Shown here piece by piece: positions 29,493-42,163 of a stretch of DNA of 64,000 nt. Position numbers and translations under genes: made by a program. The notes below the pieces were generated by a model. That model made no database searches. It had not been told where the DNA came from and was given only the letters and a program-made list of their open reading frames with translations. The stretch's first letter is position 1; the number at the start of each line of letters is the position of its first letter. Where the stretch lies: assembly GCA_049970055.1 (NCBI GenBank), contig JBMFNR010000001.1, forward strand, positions 512,001 through 576,000, in the 5' to 3' direction. Origin of the DNA: Fervidobacterium sp. (GTDB taxonomy: Bacteria > Thermotogota > Thermotogae > Thermotogales > Fervidobacteriaceae).

Positions 29493-30537
29493 AGTATGTC
29501 ACATGCTCAAGTTTCAAATACTTTTTCGTGCTGCCATTGTTGAAGAAAATCTCGATTGTATGTTCGTTGGCGGGCGAATCACTTTCAAATGTAATGATCC
29601 ATGAGGATTTCACGTAATCTATTATTCCAAGACTTGTAAGGTCGATGTTTCCTTGCTCATCCGTATATTTAATCATACCTCCTGTTTTCTGGCAAAGTTC
29701 TCTTGGATCTTCAGGAGCTGAAAAATTATCATCGCTTGGAGTATAAAACTCATAATCTGGCACAAAGGCACCGTGTATTACGAAATGTCCAAGGAGTGTG
29801 GGGAACATATCAGTCTTGTCGAAGTGTGCAAATCCATCACCGTCACTTTTGTAATGCGATGGTGCATCAGTTATCAGTATCATTACTTTTTGGGCATATG
29901 GCCTCCACTCAAGAGCTGTTGCTGCAAACATTATACCGTCGTAATCGTTTTCATACCAATCCCCACCATCCCCTGCGTAAAGTTGCGAAACGTACTCTTT
30001 TGCCTGCTGTGGTGTTGTCAAGGGTAGATATGGCTGATTTATTACAATGTCACTTGGTGGATTCACATAATCATCAAACGGAATTACTCCTATTCTCACA
30101 TCCAATCCACTTTCTTCAAGGGCTGTAGCAAAACTTATTATGCTGTTCTTAACGCCTTCTATTTCTTCAGACATACTTCCAGTAACGTCAAGTATAATAG
30201 CTATGTCAATCTTATTTCGCACGTTTGATTCCTTGTAAACAGTGAATCCTTGGGCCTTATTATCTTCAAAAACTTTAAGATCACCAGCTGTGATATTTTC
30301 GACTTCTGGAATGCTAAGTCTTACTTTTACATATTCAGGCACCGTTACTGGTATCAGAGCAGGTTCCAAGTCGATGCTTCCATATATTCCTTCGCTCGAA
30401 TAATCTGCAATATCTGGTTTAGTCATTCCTGTAGGATCGGGTGGTATGGTTCTTGGCACCGTTGGAATGTTCGAACAACTATACAGCAATATAGCTAGTG
30501 CAGAAATTATTAAACCCAAATAAAAAAGCTTTCTCAT
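29491..30537 (-). CDS. Lipoprotein with von Willebrand factor A domain
   Basis: Lipobox LYSC; MIDAS motif D.TGSM, GGD..E, W.....K.MILITDAP.H. Confidence 0.82.
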   Translation of the reverse strand: MRKLFYLGLIISALAILLYSCSNIPTVPRTIPPDPTGMTKPDIADYSSEGIYGSIDLEPALIPVTVPEYVKVRLSIPEVENITAGDLKVFEDNKAQGFTVYKESNVRNKIDIAIILDVTGSMSEEIEGVKNSIISFATALEESGLDVRIGVIPFDDYVNPPSDIVINQPYLPLTTPQQAKEYVSQLYAGDGGDWYENDYDGIMFAATALEWRPYAQKVMILITDAPSHYKSDGDGFAHFDKTDMFPTLLGHFVIHGAFVPDYEFYTPSDDNFSAPEDPRELCQKTGGMIKYTDEQGNIDLTSLGIIDYVKSSWIITFESDSPANEHTIEIFFNNGSTKKYLKLEHVTY

Positions 30538-30550
30538 AAACCATCACCCC

Positions 30551-31033
30551 TCAAAATCCAATGCCTATGCCTGCACTTATGGCATAGACACCTAGCGAAC
30601 GAAATGAAAAAGTCATGGTAGTCATTCCCTCAACGAAGAAAACAATTCCAACACCAGATCGCAGCCCGACCTTTAGATGGAACAAATCTTCCGAATACAG
30701 TGAAAACTGAGTATTTGATATATCAAATATAACTATGGGCGATGCACCTGCATAGATAAGAGTTGGCCCAAGTGGAATTGCTAAGTATAAGTAAGGATCA
30801 AGTTCTACGAACTGTATTTCCTCAATGTTCAGATTTTGCAAATGCTCAAAACTTGGTAACGGATAATACGCTTCTACCATTAAGGAAATACCACCAGAGA
30901 GCGTACCGATACGGGCTCCTATGAACGGCCTGTTTTTGCCACCTACTTCCAACCCACCAAGCATGGAAAATTCAAAGCTCAAAGCAAGTGTAATTGAGAG
31001 GACTAAAAAACTAATAACCCAAGCTTTTTTCAT
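30551..31033 (-). CDS. Small secreted protein, putative outer-membrane beta-barrel
   Basis: Signal peptide, amphipathic beta pattern, C-terminal GIGIGF; ATG 31033 after GGAGG. Confidence 0.55.
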   Translation of the reverse strand: MKKAWVISFLVLSITLALSFEFSMLGGLEVGGKNRPFIGARIGTLSGGISLMVEAYYPLPSFEHLQNLNIEEIQFVELDPYLYLAIPLGPTLIYAGASPIVIFDISNTQFSLYSEDLFHLKVGLRSGVGIVFFVEGMTTMTFSFRSLGVYAISAGIGIGF

Positions 31034-31110
31034 AGCATCACCTCCCTTAGTATGGTCCATCCAATTGTTAGACAACTGGAAAAAAAGTTTAGTTCTTAGA
31101 TTTATATGAA

Positions 31111-31149
31111 TTTTTTGTAACATCATATCTATACATTAGTTACAAAAAA
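31111..31149. repeat. Inverted repeat upstream of the barrel-vWA gene pair
   Basis: TTTTTTGTAAC-N17-GTTACAAAAAA. Confidence 0.6.
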
Positions 31150-31157
31150 ATAAAGAT

Positions 31158-31194
31158 AAAAAGCAGGTCCCCGAGAAGCGGGGGCCTGCTTTTT
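31158..31194 (-). terminator. Intrinsic terminator of hsp20
   Basis: AAAAAGCAGGTCCCCG-AGAAG-CGGGGGCCTGCTTTTT. Confidence 0.8.
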
Positions 31195-31230
31195 AATAGT
31201 TCGTTTTGAATACTTTTTCTAACAAACACA

Positions 31231-31656
31231 TTACTCTATTTTGACCTCAAGTGCGGGCTTTTCTTCTTTTTTCTTTGGCATTTCGAGTGTGAGTACACCG
31301 TTGTTGTATTTTGCTGATATCTTTTGTACATCTACGTAGTCTGGTATAATGAATGCCCTTTCAAATTTTCCAAAACTTCTTTCGACAATTCTGTAGTTTC
31401 TGCCTTTTTCGTCCCTTTCAGTCTTCTTCTCTCCCGAAATTTTGAGTACACCGTCTTCAACTGTGATCTTTAGTTCATCTTTCTGTACACCTGGTATCTC
31501 CAGTTCAAGAACAACTTTATCGTCTGTTTCGTAAGCATCTACTCTGGGATAGAAGTCAAAATCTGCTCGCAATGGTTTCATGAAATCGTTGAAGAGTCTG
31601 TCAATCTCTCTTTGAAGTTCCATAAATGGTTCGAAGTAATCCCTTCTTGCTAACAT
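31231..31656 (-). CDS. Small heat shock protein (Hsp20/alpha-crystallin)
   Basis: P.VD.YET, E.PGV, ERSFGKFER, A.YNNGVL...PK. Confidence 0.95.
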   Translation of the reverse strand: MLARRDYFEPFMELQREIDRLFNDFMKPLRADFDFYPRVDAYETDDKVVLELEIPGVQKDELKITVEDGVLKISGEKKTERDEKGRNYRIVERSFGKFERAFIIPDYVDVQKISAKYNNGVLTLEMPKKKEEKPALEVKIE

Positions 31657-31730
31657 AATCCCACCTCCACAATCTTAAATTTGTTACCATTATTTTTTGA
31701 CATTGCTTTTTCCCACCGAACTCCAACTGT

Positions 31731-31759
31731 ATTATACTGCATTAGCAATCGGTTGTCAA
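31731..31759 (-). promoter_or_regulatory. Consensus sigma-70/A promoter of hsp20
   Basis: Minus strand: TTGACA (31759-31754), N17, TATAAT (31736-31731). Confidence 0.88.
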
Positions 31760-31768
31760 GAGTGATAA
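31742..31768. promoter_or_regulatory. CIRCE element (HrcA operator) overlapping the hsp20 -35 box
   Basis: TTAGCAATC-N9-GAGTGATAA, two mismatches from the consensus TTAGCACTC-N9-GAGTGCTAA. Confidence 0.88.
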
Positions 31769-31844
31769 AAGCACATACGAAAAAATAGAAAACGTTTAGT
31801 AGACAATAGCATACAAGCCTTAAATATATATGTAACTAAAAATT

Positions 31845-31871
31845 TTAGCAAATGTTACGTGAAAGTGATAA
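31845..31871. promoter_or_regulatory. Second, degenerate CIRCE-like element
   Basis: TTAGCAAAT-N9-AAGTGATAA; same spacing, 103 bp from the first. Confidence 0.5.
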
Positions 31872-31882
31872 GTCGTGCTTAG

Positions 31883-31911
31883 AAAAAAGCAGGTGCTTCA
31901 CGCACCTGCTT
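31883..31911 (-). terminator. Intrinsic terminator
   Basis: Minus strand: AAGCAGGTGC-GTGAA-GCACCTGCTTTTTT. Confidence 0.8.
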
Positions 31912-31959
31912 AAATACTTTTGTATATCTGAAATTTCCTGTAATTATCAAGATCCAACT

Positions 31960-32868
31960 TTAAGAAATTTCTTTGATCAATCTTTCGACAAGTAACATTC
32001 CAACTCTTTCCTGAGCTTCAAATGTTGAGGCTCCTACATGTGGCGTAGCAACAACGTTAGGAAGCGAGAGGAGCTTTTGTCTTAACTCATCAGTTGGAGG
32101 TTCCACTTCGAACACATCCACACCAGCTGCGTAAACTTTACCGCTAACGAGTGCCTCGTATAGAGCTCCTTCGTCAATTATTCCGCCTCTTGCGGCGTTG
32201 ATAATAATTACACCATCTTTCATTTTTTCAATTGTTTCCTTGTTGATTAGGTGCTTTGTTTCGGGTGTCAGTGGTACGTGGATAGTTATATAGTCACTTT
32301 CCTTGAAAATAGTATTAAGGTCAACAATTTTTACATCTATATCAGTTTCTTTCACAAAAGGATCGTATGCAAGTACTTTCATATCGAAAGCAAGTAATCT
32401 TTTTGCTACTTCTCTTCCAATGTTTCCGAAACCAATTATACCTACGGTTCGCTTATAAAGTTCGTGTCCTTCAAGTTCTTTCTTTGTCCATTTACCATTC
32501 TTCAAATCGTTTGTGCCTCTGGCGATGTGTCGTGAACAGGCAATCATTAGTCCAATGGTAAGCTCTGCTACTGATATACTATTTGCCCCTGGTGTGTTAA
32601 TTACCTTGATACCTTTTGCCTCGGCTGCTTTTACGTCGATGTTGTCAAGACCTGTACCCGCCCGACCTATTATTTTGAGTTTTGTGCCGGCTTCAATAAT
32701 ATCTGCGGTTACTTTCGTTGCACTTCTTACGATCAAAATCTCTATTTCAGGCATAATTTTTATAAGTTCGTCTTTCTCAAAGTGTTGAGATGTCAGTTGA
32801 ACATTTGGTAGACTTGCAAGCTTTTCCGTTGCCTGTTTATCAAGCGGATCATTTACGTGAATTCTCAT
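31960..32868 (-). CDS. D-2-hydroxyacid dehydrogenase (hydroxypyruvate reductase / short SerA-like)
   Basis: VRSATKV, RAG.GLDNID, GFGNIG, NAARGG, DVF..EP, TPH.GAST; no C-terminal ACT domain. Confidence 0.88.
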   Translation of the reverse strand: MRIHVNDPLDKQATEKLASLPNVQLTSQHFEKDELIKIMPEIEILIVRSATKVTADIIEAGTKLKIIGRAGTGLDNIDVKAAEAKGIKVINTPGANSISVAELTIGLMIACSRHIARGTNDLKNGKWTKKELEGHELYKRTVGIIGFGNIGREVAKRLLAFDMKVLAYDPFVKETDIDVKIVDLNTIFKESDYITIHVPLTPETKHLINKETIEKMKDGVIIINAARGGIIDEGALYEALVSGKVYAAGVDVFEVEPPTDELRQKLLSLPNVVATPHVGASTFEAQERVGMLLVERLIKEIS

Positions 32869-32869
32869 A

Positions 32870-34012
32870 TTACTTCACCAGCCCTTTGAAGAGTACTTCT
32901 TCGGCTGCTTTAACTCCTTTTCCTATTTCGACTTTGTAGCCCAGCTCGTTGAGTGCAAACTCTAAAGCTGCAATACCAGTGATGATATCGAATGGACTTA
33001 CCCAACCAAGATGTGATATTCTAAATAGCTCATCTTTCATAGGTTCTTGACCAGCTGCAATTGTAACACCGTATTTATCTCTCATGATTTTTGTAATCTT
33101 GCTGGCTGGTATTCCTTCAGGCGAAGTCACCGCTGTGAGTACGTTACCTGGTCTTTCTGAGAAGAATGTAAGGCCAAGAGCTTTAATCGCTGCTCTTGTT
33201 GCTTCTCCAAGCAAGGCGTGTCTTGCCCATACATTCTCAATTCCTTCTTCTTTGAGCATTTTAACTGCCTTGTTCAACATGTAAATAAGGTTAACGGCTG
33301 TTGTCCATGGATTATCTGGAGAACTCTTTTTGTATTTTCTTAAGTCGAAATAGTACCTGCTATTCGTACATTTTTCCACCTTTGCGTAAGCTTTGTCGTT
33401 AATAGCAATGAATGCCAATCCTGGAGGCAACATCCAACCTTTTTGTGCTCCCGAGACTACGACATCGATCCCCCACTCGTCCATCTTTAGAGGCTCAGCA
33501 AGCAATCCACTTACTGCATCGGTTACGAGAATAACATCTGTATCTTTTGTCAATTTGGCTATGTTTTCAAGATCAATAACGGTACCAGTAGATGTTTCGC
33601 TGTATGTTGTGAAAACTACCTTAGCATCCGGATTTTCTTTCATTGCTTTTTCTATCATCTCTGGTGTTACCGCTTTACCCCATGGAAGTTTGATTTCAAT
33701 TGGAACGATGTTGTAAGCCTTTGCTATTTCAACCCATCTCTCACCAAATTTACCAGCATTAACAATAATTGCTTTCTCACCCGGATTGACAAGATTAACC
33801 ATAGCTGTCTCAAGGGCTCCAGTTCCGGAAGCGGTAAGAACGTATACTGGATGTTGTGTTTGAAAGACGTATTTTGTTAGCTCAAGTGTTTCTTCTAATA
33901 TCTTTACGAACTGTGGAGTCCTATGATGGATGGTGTCCTTTGCACCTTCAAGTAGTATCTCTTGCGGTACAGGTGTTGGACCAGGTGCCAATAAAAGGTT
34001 CTTCTTAATCAT
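32870..34012 (-). CDS. Class V aminotransferase (serine-pyruvate / alanine-glyoxylate type)
   Basis: PGPTP, HHR, SGTGA.E, GKFG.RW, ETSTG, DAVS, GAQK...PPG; ATG 34012 after AGGAGG. Confidence 0.9.
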   Translation of the reverse strand: MIKKNLLLAPGPTPVPQEILLEGAKDTIHHRTPQFVKILEETLELTKYVFQTQHPVYVLTASGTGALETAMVNLVNPGEKAIIVNAGKFGERWVEIAKAYNIVPIEIKLPWGKAVTPEMIEKAMKENPDAKVVFTTYSETSTGTVIDLENIAKLTKDTDVILVTDAVSGLLAEPLKMDEWGIDVVVSGAQKGWMLPPGLAFIAINDKAYAKVEKCTNSRYYFDLRKYKKSSPDNPWTTAVNLIYMLNKAVKMLKEEGIENVWARHALLGEATRAAIKALGLTFFSERPGNVLTAVTSPEGIPASKITKIMRDKYGVTIAAGQEPMKDELFRISHLGWVSPFDIITGIAALEFALNELGYKVEIGKGVKAAEEVLFKGLVK

Positions 34013-34421
34013 CTTTCTAACCTCCTTTTGATTAGTAAAATCTTTAGAATTCAATTGATGATACATCACTACAATAAAATCATTAAAACGTGAATGTTGT
34101 CAATCCGACTTAACCGCAAATTTTTCATTTTGTTGTGAAAGTTTACCATTTTTCTTTCTTAAACTGTTTGTTTGGCATGATAGGTGAATAATAAACAAGT
34201 ATTTTAAACTTCATGTCAGTAATTTGTGTAAATATTACATATTGCACAAGATTGCATGCAAATATTTGCAATATATTAACACATAAGTTGTATTATAAAA
34301 CATTTACAAAACATGCATTATACGTAATTTTATTGGCAGTTATAATAGAATGGCATATATTTGCTAAAATACCTGTGGTGAAAAACATTTCTACGAAAGC
34401 TTACACGGGGAGTGATTAAGA

Positions 34422-35657
34422 ATGGATTTGGAAAGCAAGAGTTCGGAAGTTGGCAAGAACCTACGTTCATCACTCATAAGAGAACTTCTCAAGTACGCAT
34501 CTGTACCAGGTTCTATTTCGTTTGGTGGTGGGGTACCAGATCCGGAGACTTTCCCAAGGCATGAACTTGCACAGATAGCAAAAGAAGTTATAGAAAACGA
34601 GTATAAATACACTCTTCAGTACAATACAACAGAGGGCGATGATGAGTTAGCTAAGCAGATGATAAAACTTCTTGAGCGAATATACGGAATTACATGTCTT
34701 GGAAGAGAAAACTTGCTCTTCACCACAGGTTCGCAGCAAGCGCTTGACTTAGTCGCGAGAATATTTTTGGATAAAGAGAGTATCTGCATAGTTGAATTCC
34801 CAGTTTACTTAGGAGCCGCAAGCGCGTTTAGAACTTTTTCACCCAGATTCGAACCGATTCCACTGGAAGACGACGGAATGGATGTCAATGTTCTTGAAAG
34901 AAAACTGAAAGAATTGGATGAAAAAGGTTTAATTAGTAAGGTTAAATTCATTTACACAGTTCCAAACTTCCACAATCCTGCTGGAGTTACTATGAGTTTT
35001 GAAAAGAGGAAAAAATTGATAGAACTCGCAGATAAGTACGATATTTTTATACTCGAGGATGATCCATATGGTATGCTAAGGTTTGAAGGTGAGCATTTAC
35101 CATCGCTGTACAAATTGGCAGGGCCAGATAGAGTTATCCTTTTAAATACGTTTAGTAAGATACTCACGCCTGGTTTAAGGATTGGTGTAATAGTTGGAAG
35201 GCAAGACATAGTTAGAAAAATCACTCTGGCGAAACAAGCTGCAGATCTTTGCAGTCCAAGTTTAAACCAAAGAATCGCTGCGAGATATCTTGAAAGGTAC
35301 GATCTATTCGAACAGCTTAAGCCTGGTATTGAACTTTATAGAAAAAAGAAAAATACCATGATTAAAGCACTCGAAGAGAACTTCTCTGATATTCCAAAAG
35401 CAAAATGGGTCAATCCACAAGGTGGACTGTTTGTGTGGATGACTCTGCCAGATGGATTTGATACTATGGAGATGTTTGAATTTGCAAAAGAAAAGAAGAT
35501 TTACTATATCCCCGGTCAAGCATTTACCATCGACGATAGTATTTCAACCTCAATGAGGTTGTCTTTCTGCTTACCACCTGAAGAAAAGATTATTGAAGGA
35601 GTAAAGAGATTAAAAGAAGTTGTTGTGGAGTATGGTAAGAAGAAGGGGTTGATTTGA
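34422..35657 (+). CDS. PLP-dependent class I aminotransferase (aromatic / 2-aminoadipate type)
   Basis: S.IRELLK, ISFGGG.P, GSQQALD, PNF.NP.G, EDDPY, FSK..PGLR.G. Confidence 0.9.
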   Translation: MDLESKSSEVGKNLRSSLIRELLKYASVPGSISFGGGVPDPETFPRHELAQIAKEVIENEYKYTLQYNTTEGDDELAKQMIKLLERIYGITCLGRENLLFTTGSQQALDLVARIFLDKESICIVEFPVYLGAASAFRTFSPRFEPIPLEDDGMDVNVLERKLKELDEKGLISKVKFIYTVPNFHNPAGVTMSFEKRKKLIELADKYDIFILEDDPYGMLRFEGEHLPSLYKLAGPDRVILLNTFSKILTPGLRIGVIVGRQDIVRKITLAKQAADLCSPSLNQRIAARYLERYDLFEQLKPGIELYRKKKNTMIKALEENFSDIPKAKWVNPQGGLFVWMTLPDGFDTMEMFEFAKEKKIYYIPGQAFTIDDSISTSMRLSFCLPPEEKIIEGVKRLKEVVVEYGKKKGLI

Positions 35658-35658
35658 T

Positions 35659-36727
35659 ATGAAGATCCTCGTGATTAACCCTGGTGCAACAAGTACAAAG
35701 GTTGCCGTTTTTGAAGATAAAAATAAAGTGTTGCAAGAAACTCTCCAGCATTCTGTTGAAGAGTTGGAAAAGTACCCAGACATTATGAAGCAAAAAAAGC
35801 TCAGAGAGGAAGCTATACTGAACTTTCTTTCAAAAAACCACTTAAAAGTGGAGGATTTTGACGCCATCGCAGCAAGAGGTGGCATATTACCCCCAGTTGA
35901 AAGTGGAACATACAAAGTGGATGAAAGAATGGTAGATTACCTTCTTAATAAGACAAAAGTCCAACACGCCTCAAATTTAGCAGCAGTAATAGGTTTTGAG
36001 CTTGCGAAAATTTGTAAAAAGAACATTCCAGTTTACGTCACCGATCCAGTTAGCGTAGATGAAATGATACCTGAAGCTCGACTTTCCGGAATAAAGGACA
36101 TAGAAAGAAAAAGCTTATCACATATTTTGAATATGAGAGTTGTTGGTATAAGAATCTCTGAGGAGCTTGGGAAGAAATTTAATGAACTCAATATGGTGAT
36201 AGCGCACCTTGGGAGTGGTATCTCAGTAGCACCTTTTGAAAAAGGCAGAATGATAGACGTAAATAATGCAAACGATGAAGGGCCGTTCAGTGTGGAAAGA
36301 ACTGGTGAATTGCCAGTTGGTGATGTTGTCAAGCTTTGTTATTCTGGCAAGCATACAAAAGAAGAAATAAAGAAGATGTTCGTTGGTCGTGGCGGTCTTG
36401 TAGCTTATTTAGGTACAAATGATCTGAGAGAAGCTTTTAAGATGGCTGAAACAGATCCTAAAGCCATGGAAGTCATCGAAGCGATGGCTTACCAAATTGC
36501 TCAAGAAATAGGCGCTATGTGCGTTGCACTCAAAGGTCAGGTCGATGCCATCGTTTTTACAGGTGGTATGGCTTACAGCGAAAAGTTCATCTCCATGATA
36601 AAATCATATATTTATAAATTTGGTCCCATATTTGTTGTTCCCGGTGAAATGGAAATGGAAGCACTTGCATTTGGTGCCTTGAGAGTTTTAACAAAAGAAG
36701 AACAAGAGAAAGTGTGGGGTGAAAGTT

Positions 36728-36744
<17 letters not shown>
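35659..36744 (+). CDS. buk: Butyrate (branched-chain carboxylate) kinase 1
   Basis: INPG.TSTK, RGG.L.P, HASNL, DPV.VDE, HLG.G.S, GPF..ER.G. Confidence 0.93.
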
Positions 36745-38733
<1,989 letters not shown>

Positions 38734-38748
38734 GAGAAAGGTGAAAAA

Positions 38749-39414
38749 ATGAGTGAAAAAATTATAAAAAATTACGCATTTATAGGACTTTTCGGAAGCG
38801 GTAAAACAGAGGTTGCAATTAATTGGGCTTTGAAATTGAAAAAAGAATACGATAAAGTGGCCATTATTGATGGTGACATTATCTCTCCCTATTTTAGAAC
38901 ACGCGATGTTGCTGAAGAACTTGAGAAAATGGGAATCGTCGCTGTTTATCCCAAAGGTGCACTTAGAAACGCGGATTTACCTATCATTACAGGTGGTGCG
39001 ATTGGTTATTTAGTCAACAGTGAGTACAAGACAGTTATAGACGTTGGTGGAGAAGAAAATGGAATTGTTGTCCTGGGATACCTTAAGCCATACCTAGGCA
39101 ATGCTGAAATTAGTATGGTGGTTAATGTTGCAAGACCCTTTTCGTCAACGGTAGATTCAATAACACGTGCCTATGAGCAACTGAGAAGAATTGCGAGGAT
39201 AGAGGTTAACTACCTGATAAACAATGCTAATCTCTCATATGAAACAACTGTGGATCTGATTCACAAAGGTGAAGAGATACTAAGTCAGGTTTCCGAAATA
39301 ATTGAAGTGCCTGTAAAATTTACAGTAGTGCCTGACTTTATATCCATATCAGAAGATAATTTTAAATACCCAGTTTTAAAAATTAAAAGGTACATGAGAA
39401 TGGAGAATTATTAA
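38749..39414 (+). CDS. Uncharacterised P-loop NTPase (SIMIBI/ParA-like)
   Basis: GLFGSGKTE Walker A, D.DI..PYFR.RD, DVGG. Confidence 0.75.
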   Translation: MSEKIIKNYAFIGLFGSGKTEVAINWALKLKKEYDKVAIIDGDIISPYFRTRDVAEELEKMGIVAVYPKGALRNADLPIITGGAIGYLVNSEYKTVIDVGGEENGIVVLGYLKPYLGNAEISMVVNVARPFSSTVDSITRAYEQLRRIARIEVNYLINNANLSYETTVDLIHKGEEILSQVSEIIEVPVKFTVVPDFISISEDNFKYPVLKIKRYMRMENY

Positions 39415-39431
39415 CGTGAGGAGGAGATACG

Positions 39432-39662
39432 ATGCCGAAAGTAAAAGGTAGGATCGAAATCGATCAAGAAAGATGCAAAGGCTGTGGGTTGTGCATAAGT
39501 GTTTGTCCAACGAAAGTTATTGAGTTTTCAGAAGGGTTCAATTCGAAAGGTTATCATCCCGCTGAAGCCAAACATATTGAAAAGTGTATCGCTTGTGGAT
39601 TTTGTTACTACATGTGTCCTGATGTTTGTATAACAGTTTACAAAGAAGTCGAAAGTGCATAA
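39432..39662 (+). CDS. 2-oxoacid:ferredoxin oxidoreductase delta subunit (2[4Fe-4S])
   Basis: CKGCGLCISVCP and CIACGFCYYMCP. Confidence 0.92.
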   Translation: MPKVKGRIEIDQERCKGCGLCISVCPTKVIEFSEGFNSKGYHPAEAKHIEKCIACGFCYYMCPDVCITVYKEVESA

Positions 39663-39675
39663 GGAGGGGAAGTAA

Positions 39676-40734
39676 ATGGAAAGGGTGCTTGTGAAAGGTA
39701 CAGAAGCAATAGGTGAAGCAGCTATAAGAGCTGGTTGTAGATTGTTCTTTGGTTATCCAATTACCCCGCAAAATGAATTACCTGAATACATGTCGAAAAG
39801 GTTACCAGAAGTTAATGGCACTTTTTTACAAACTGAGAGCGAAGTTGCAACAATTAACATGGTCTACGGTGCAGCATGTACGGGCACAAGAGTTATGACA
39901 TCGACATCTTCTCCCGGGTTTAGCCTTATGCAAGAAGGTGTATCGTACATGGCTTGTGCGGAATTACCAGCAGTTTTAGTTAACGTAGTGCGCGGTGGCC
40001 CGGGACTTGGTGATATCCAACCTTCGCAAAGTGATTATTGGCAAGCAACAAAGGGAGGGGGTCACGGCGATTACAAACTGATCGTTCTCGGCCCTTCTAC
40101 AGTTCAAGAAGCAGTAGATCTTACAGTGCTTGCATTTGATTTAGCAGACAAGTACAGAACTCCTGTTCTCATAATAGCAGACGGTGTTATTGGCCAAATG
40201 ATGGAGCCGGTAACATTTCCTGAATTCAGGGATCTAAATACTCTTCCAAAACACGAAGACTGGGCGCTCACTGGTGCCATGGGAAGAGAAAAACACATAG
40301 TAGTATCGTTTGATATAGACCCATACGTTCTTGAAAAAATGAACATGAAATTAGTGGAAAAATACAAAGAAATTGAAAAAACGGAAAAACGATGGGAAGA
40401 GTACGAACTCGAAGATGCTGATATAGTTATAACAGCGTTTGGTACCGTTGCAAGGATTGCGAAAAGTGTTATCAAACAAGCTAGAAAAGAGGGAATAAAA
40501 GCTGGTTTGTTTAGGCCTATTACATTGTGGCCATTCCCGTACGAAAGACTTGAAGAAATATCAAAAGGCAAAAAGTTGATCTTCGATGTAGAAATGAATA
40601 TGGGGCAAATGCTTGAAGATGTAAAGATGGCTGTAAAAGACCATGCACCGGTCGAGTATTACGGTAGACTTGGTGGTGTTGTGCCAACACCTGAAGAAAT
40701 ACTCAACGTTCTCAAATCCAAAATTGGGAGGTAA
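39676..40734 (+). CDS. 2-ketoisovalerate-type ferredoxin oxidoreductase alpha subunit
   Basis: YPITPQ.E, ESE, TSSPG.SL.QE, RGGPGLG.IQP.Q.DY. Confidence 0.9.
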   Translation: MERVLVKGTEAIGEAAIRAGCRLFFGYPITPQNELPEYMSKRLPEVNGTFLQTESEVATINMVYGAACTGTRVMTSTSSPGFSLMQEGVSYMACAELPAVLVNVVRGGPGLGDIQPSQSDYWQATKGGGHGDYKLIVLGPSTVQEAVDLTVLAFDLADKYRTPVLIIADGVIGQMMEPVTFPEFRDLNTLPKHEDWALTGAMGREKHIVVSFDIDPYVLEKMNMKLVEKYKEIEKTEKRWEEYELEDADIVITAFGTVARIAKSVIKQARKEGIKAGLFRPITLWPFPYERLEEISKGKKLIFDVEMNMGQMLEDVKMAVKDHAPVEYYGRLGGVVPTPEEILNVLKSKIGR

Positions 40735-40739
40735 TATGT

Positions 40740-41492
40740 ATGTTCCAGGTAGTATACAAAAAGCCAGAAAGTCTAACTGAAAAGGAGCTCACTTATTGTC
40801 CAGGATGTACACATGGTATAATCCACAGACTTATCGCTGAAGTTATAGACGAGCTTGGTATAAGAGAAAAAACGATAGCTGTTGCACCAATAGGTTGTTC
40901 TGTTTTTGCGTATCAATTCTTCAATACGGATGCAACTGTTGCCGCTCATGGTAGAGCTCCAGCTGTCGCAACTGGTATGAAAAGGGCAAGACCTGATCTG
41001 TACATTTTCACATACCAAGGTGATGGCGATTTAGCAGCTATTGGAACAGCGGAGATTGTTCATGCAGCAAATAGAGGTGAAAAGATCACAACGATATTTG
41101 TTAACAACGCGATTTATGGTATGACGGGTGGACAGATGGCTCCAACAACGCTTCTGGGTATGAAAACAACGACAACACCTTACGGAAGGAGTGCTTCAAA
41201 CGACGGCTATCCTTTGCATGTTAGCGAAATTATCAAAGAGGCTAAAGGGGTAGCATTTTTAGCGAGAACAAAAGTCAATACGCCTCAAGATGTTCAGAAA
41301 ACGAAGAAAGCAATAAAGAAAGCGTTTTTGGCACAGGTAAAAGGTCTTGGTTTTGGTATGGTTGAGGTACTTTCAACATGTCCAACGAACTGGGGTATCG
41401 ATCCCATTTCAGCATTGAAATGGCTTGATGAGCATATGGTACCAGAGTACCCCCTTGGGATATTCATTGACAAAGTAGGTGATGAGCAATGA
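40740..41492 (+). CDS. 2-ketoisovalerate-type ferredoxin oxidoreductase beta subunit
   Basis: [37 protein letters not shown]. Confidence 0.9.
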   Translation: MFQVVYKKPESLTEKELTYCPGCTHGIIHRLIAEVIDELGIREKTIAVAPIGCSVFAYQFFNTDATVAAHGRAPAVATGMKRARPDLYIFTYQGDGDLAAIGTAEIVHAANRGEKITTIFVNNAIYGMTGGQMAPTTLLGMKTTTTPYGRSASNDGYPLHVSEIIKEAKGVAFLARTKVNTPQDVQKTKKAIKKAFLAQVKGLGFGMVEVLSTCPTNWGIDPISALKWLDEHMVPEYPLGIFIDKVGDEQ

Positions 41493-42028
41493 CATCAAGA
41501 ATGATTTTCGCTGGTTTTGGCGGTCAAGGTGTAATGCTCATGGGACAAATAACTTCTCTTGCTGGTATGATTGAAGGTAAAAACGTTACCTGGATGCCTT
41601 CGTATGGTCCTGAGATGCGAGGTGGAACAGCAAATTGTACGGTTGTTATCAGCGATGAACCAGTTGCTTCACCTGTTACGGATAAAGCGGAGATTGTCGT
41701 TGCAATGAATATACCATCGCTTTTGAAGTTTGAATCCTACGTTGTAGAGAATGGGGTCCTTTTGATCAATCAATCGGTGGTGGATAGAGATGCCACAAGG
41801 AAAGATATAAATATTGTAAAAGTACCTTGCAATGAGATTGCGGATGAACTCGGAAATTTGAAGGTGGCAAACATGGTTATGCTTGGAGCAGTCATTGGAG
41901 CAACCAATGTCGTTAGTACGGAAAGTGTCTTTAAAGCACTTGAGAAAAAACTAAGTGGTGGAAAAGCAGCACTCATAGAGATTAATAAGCAAGCAATAAT
42001 GAAAGGATATGAACTTGCAAAAAAATAA
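41489..42028 (+). CDS. 2-oxoacid:ferredoxin oxidoreductase gamma subunit
   Basis: [25 protein letters not shown]. Confidence 0.9.
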   Translation: MTSRMIFAGFGGQGVMLMGQITSLAGMIEGKNVTWMPSYGPEMRGGTANCTVVISDEPVASPVTDKAEIVVAMNIPSLLKFESYVVENGVLLINQSVVDRDATRKDINIVKVPCNEIADELGNLKVANMVMLGAVIGATNVVSTESVFKALEKKLSGGKAALIEINKQAIMKGYELAKK

Positions 42029-42075
42029 TTTTTTCATGCGCTTTAAAAAGCGGATTAGATAAATTAATGCATTGT

Positions 42076-42101
42076 GCTGGGGCTAAGCTCCAGCTTTTTT
42101 T
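42076..42101 (+). terminator. Intrinsic terminator
   Basis: GCTGGGGC-TAA-GCTCCAGC followed by T7. Confidence 0.8.
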
Positions 42102-42163
42102 ATTTTGTTAAATCTGAGCTCTTGTGATATAATAAATTACACATCAAATGGGAGGTGCTATTT

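Noticed and set aside
34133..34150. Rex operator
   Set aside because: Only one half-site (TTGTGAA) matches; the other half does not fit TTCACAA.
34351..34365. Sigma-54 -24/-12 promoter (TGGCATATATTTGCT) before the amino-acid fermentation operon
   Set aside because: The GG-to-GC spacing is 9 nt, not the strictly conserved 10. The context is suggestive (compare the SigL-dependent bkd operon of Bacillus), but the spacing fails.
34213..34419. 68-aa intergenic ORF
   Set aside because: No SD or recognisable motif; it coincides with the palindrome-rich promoter region.
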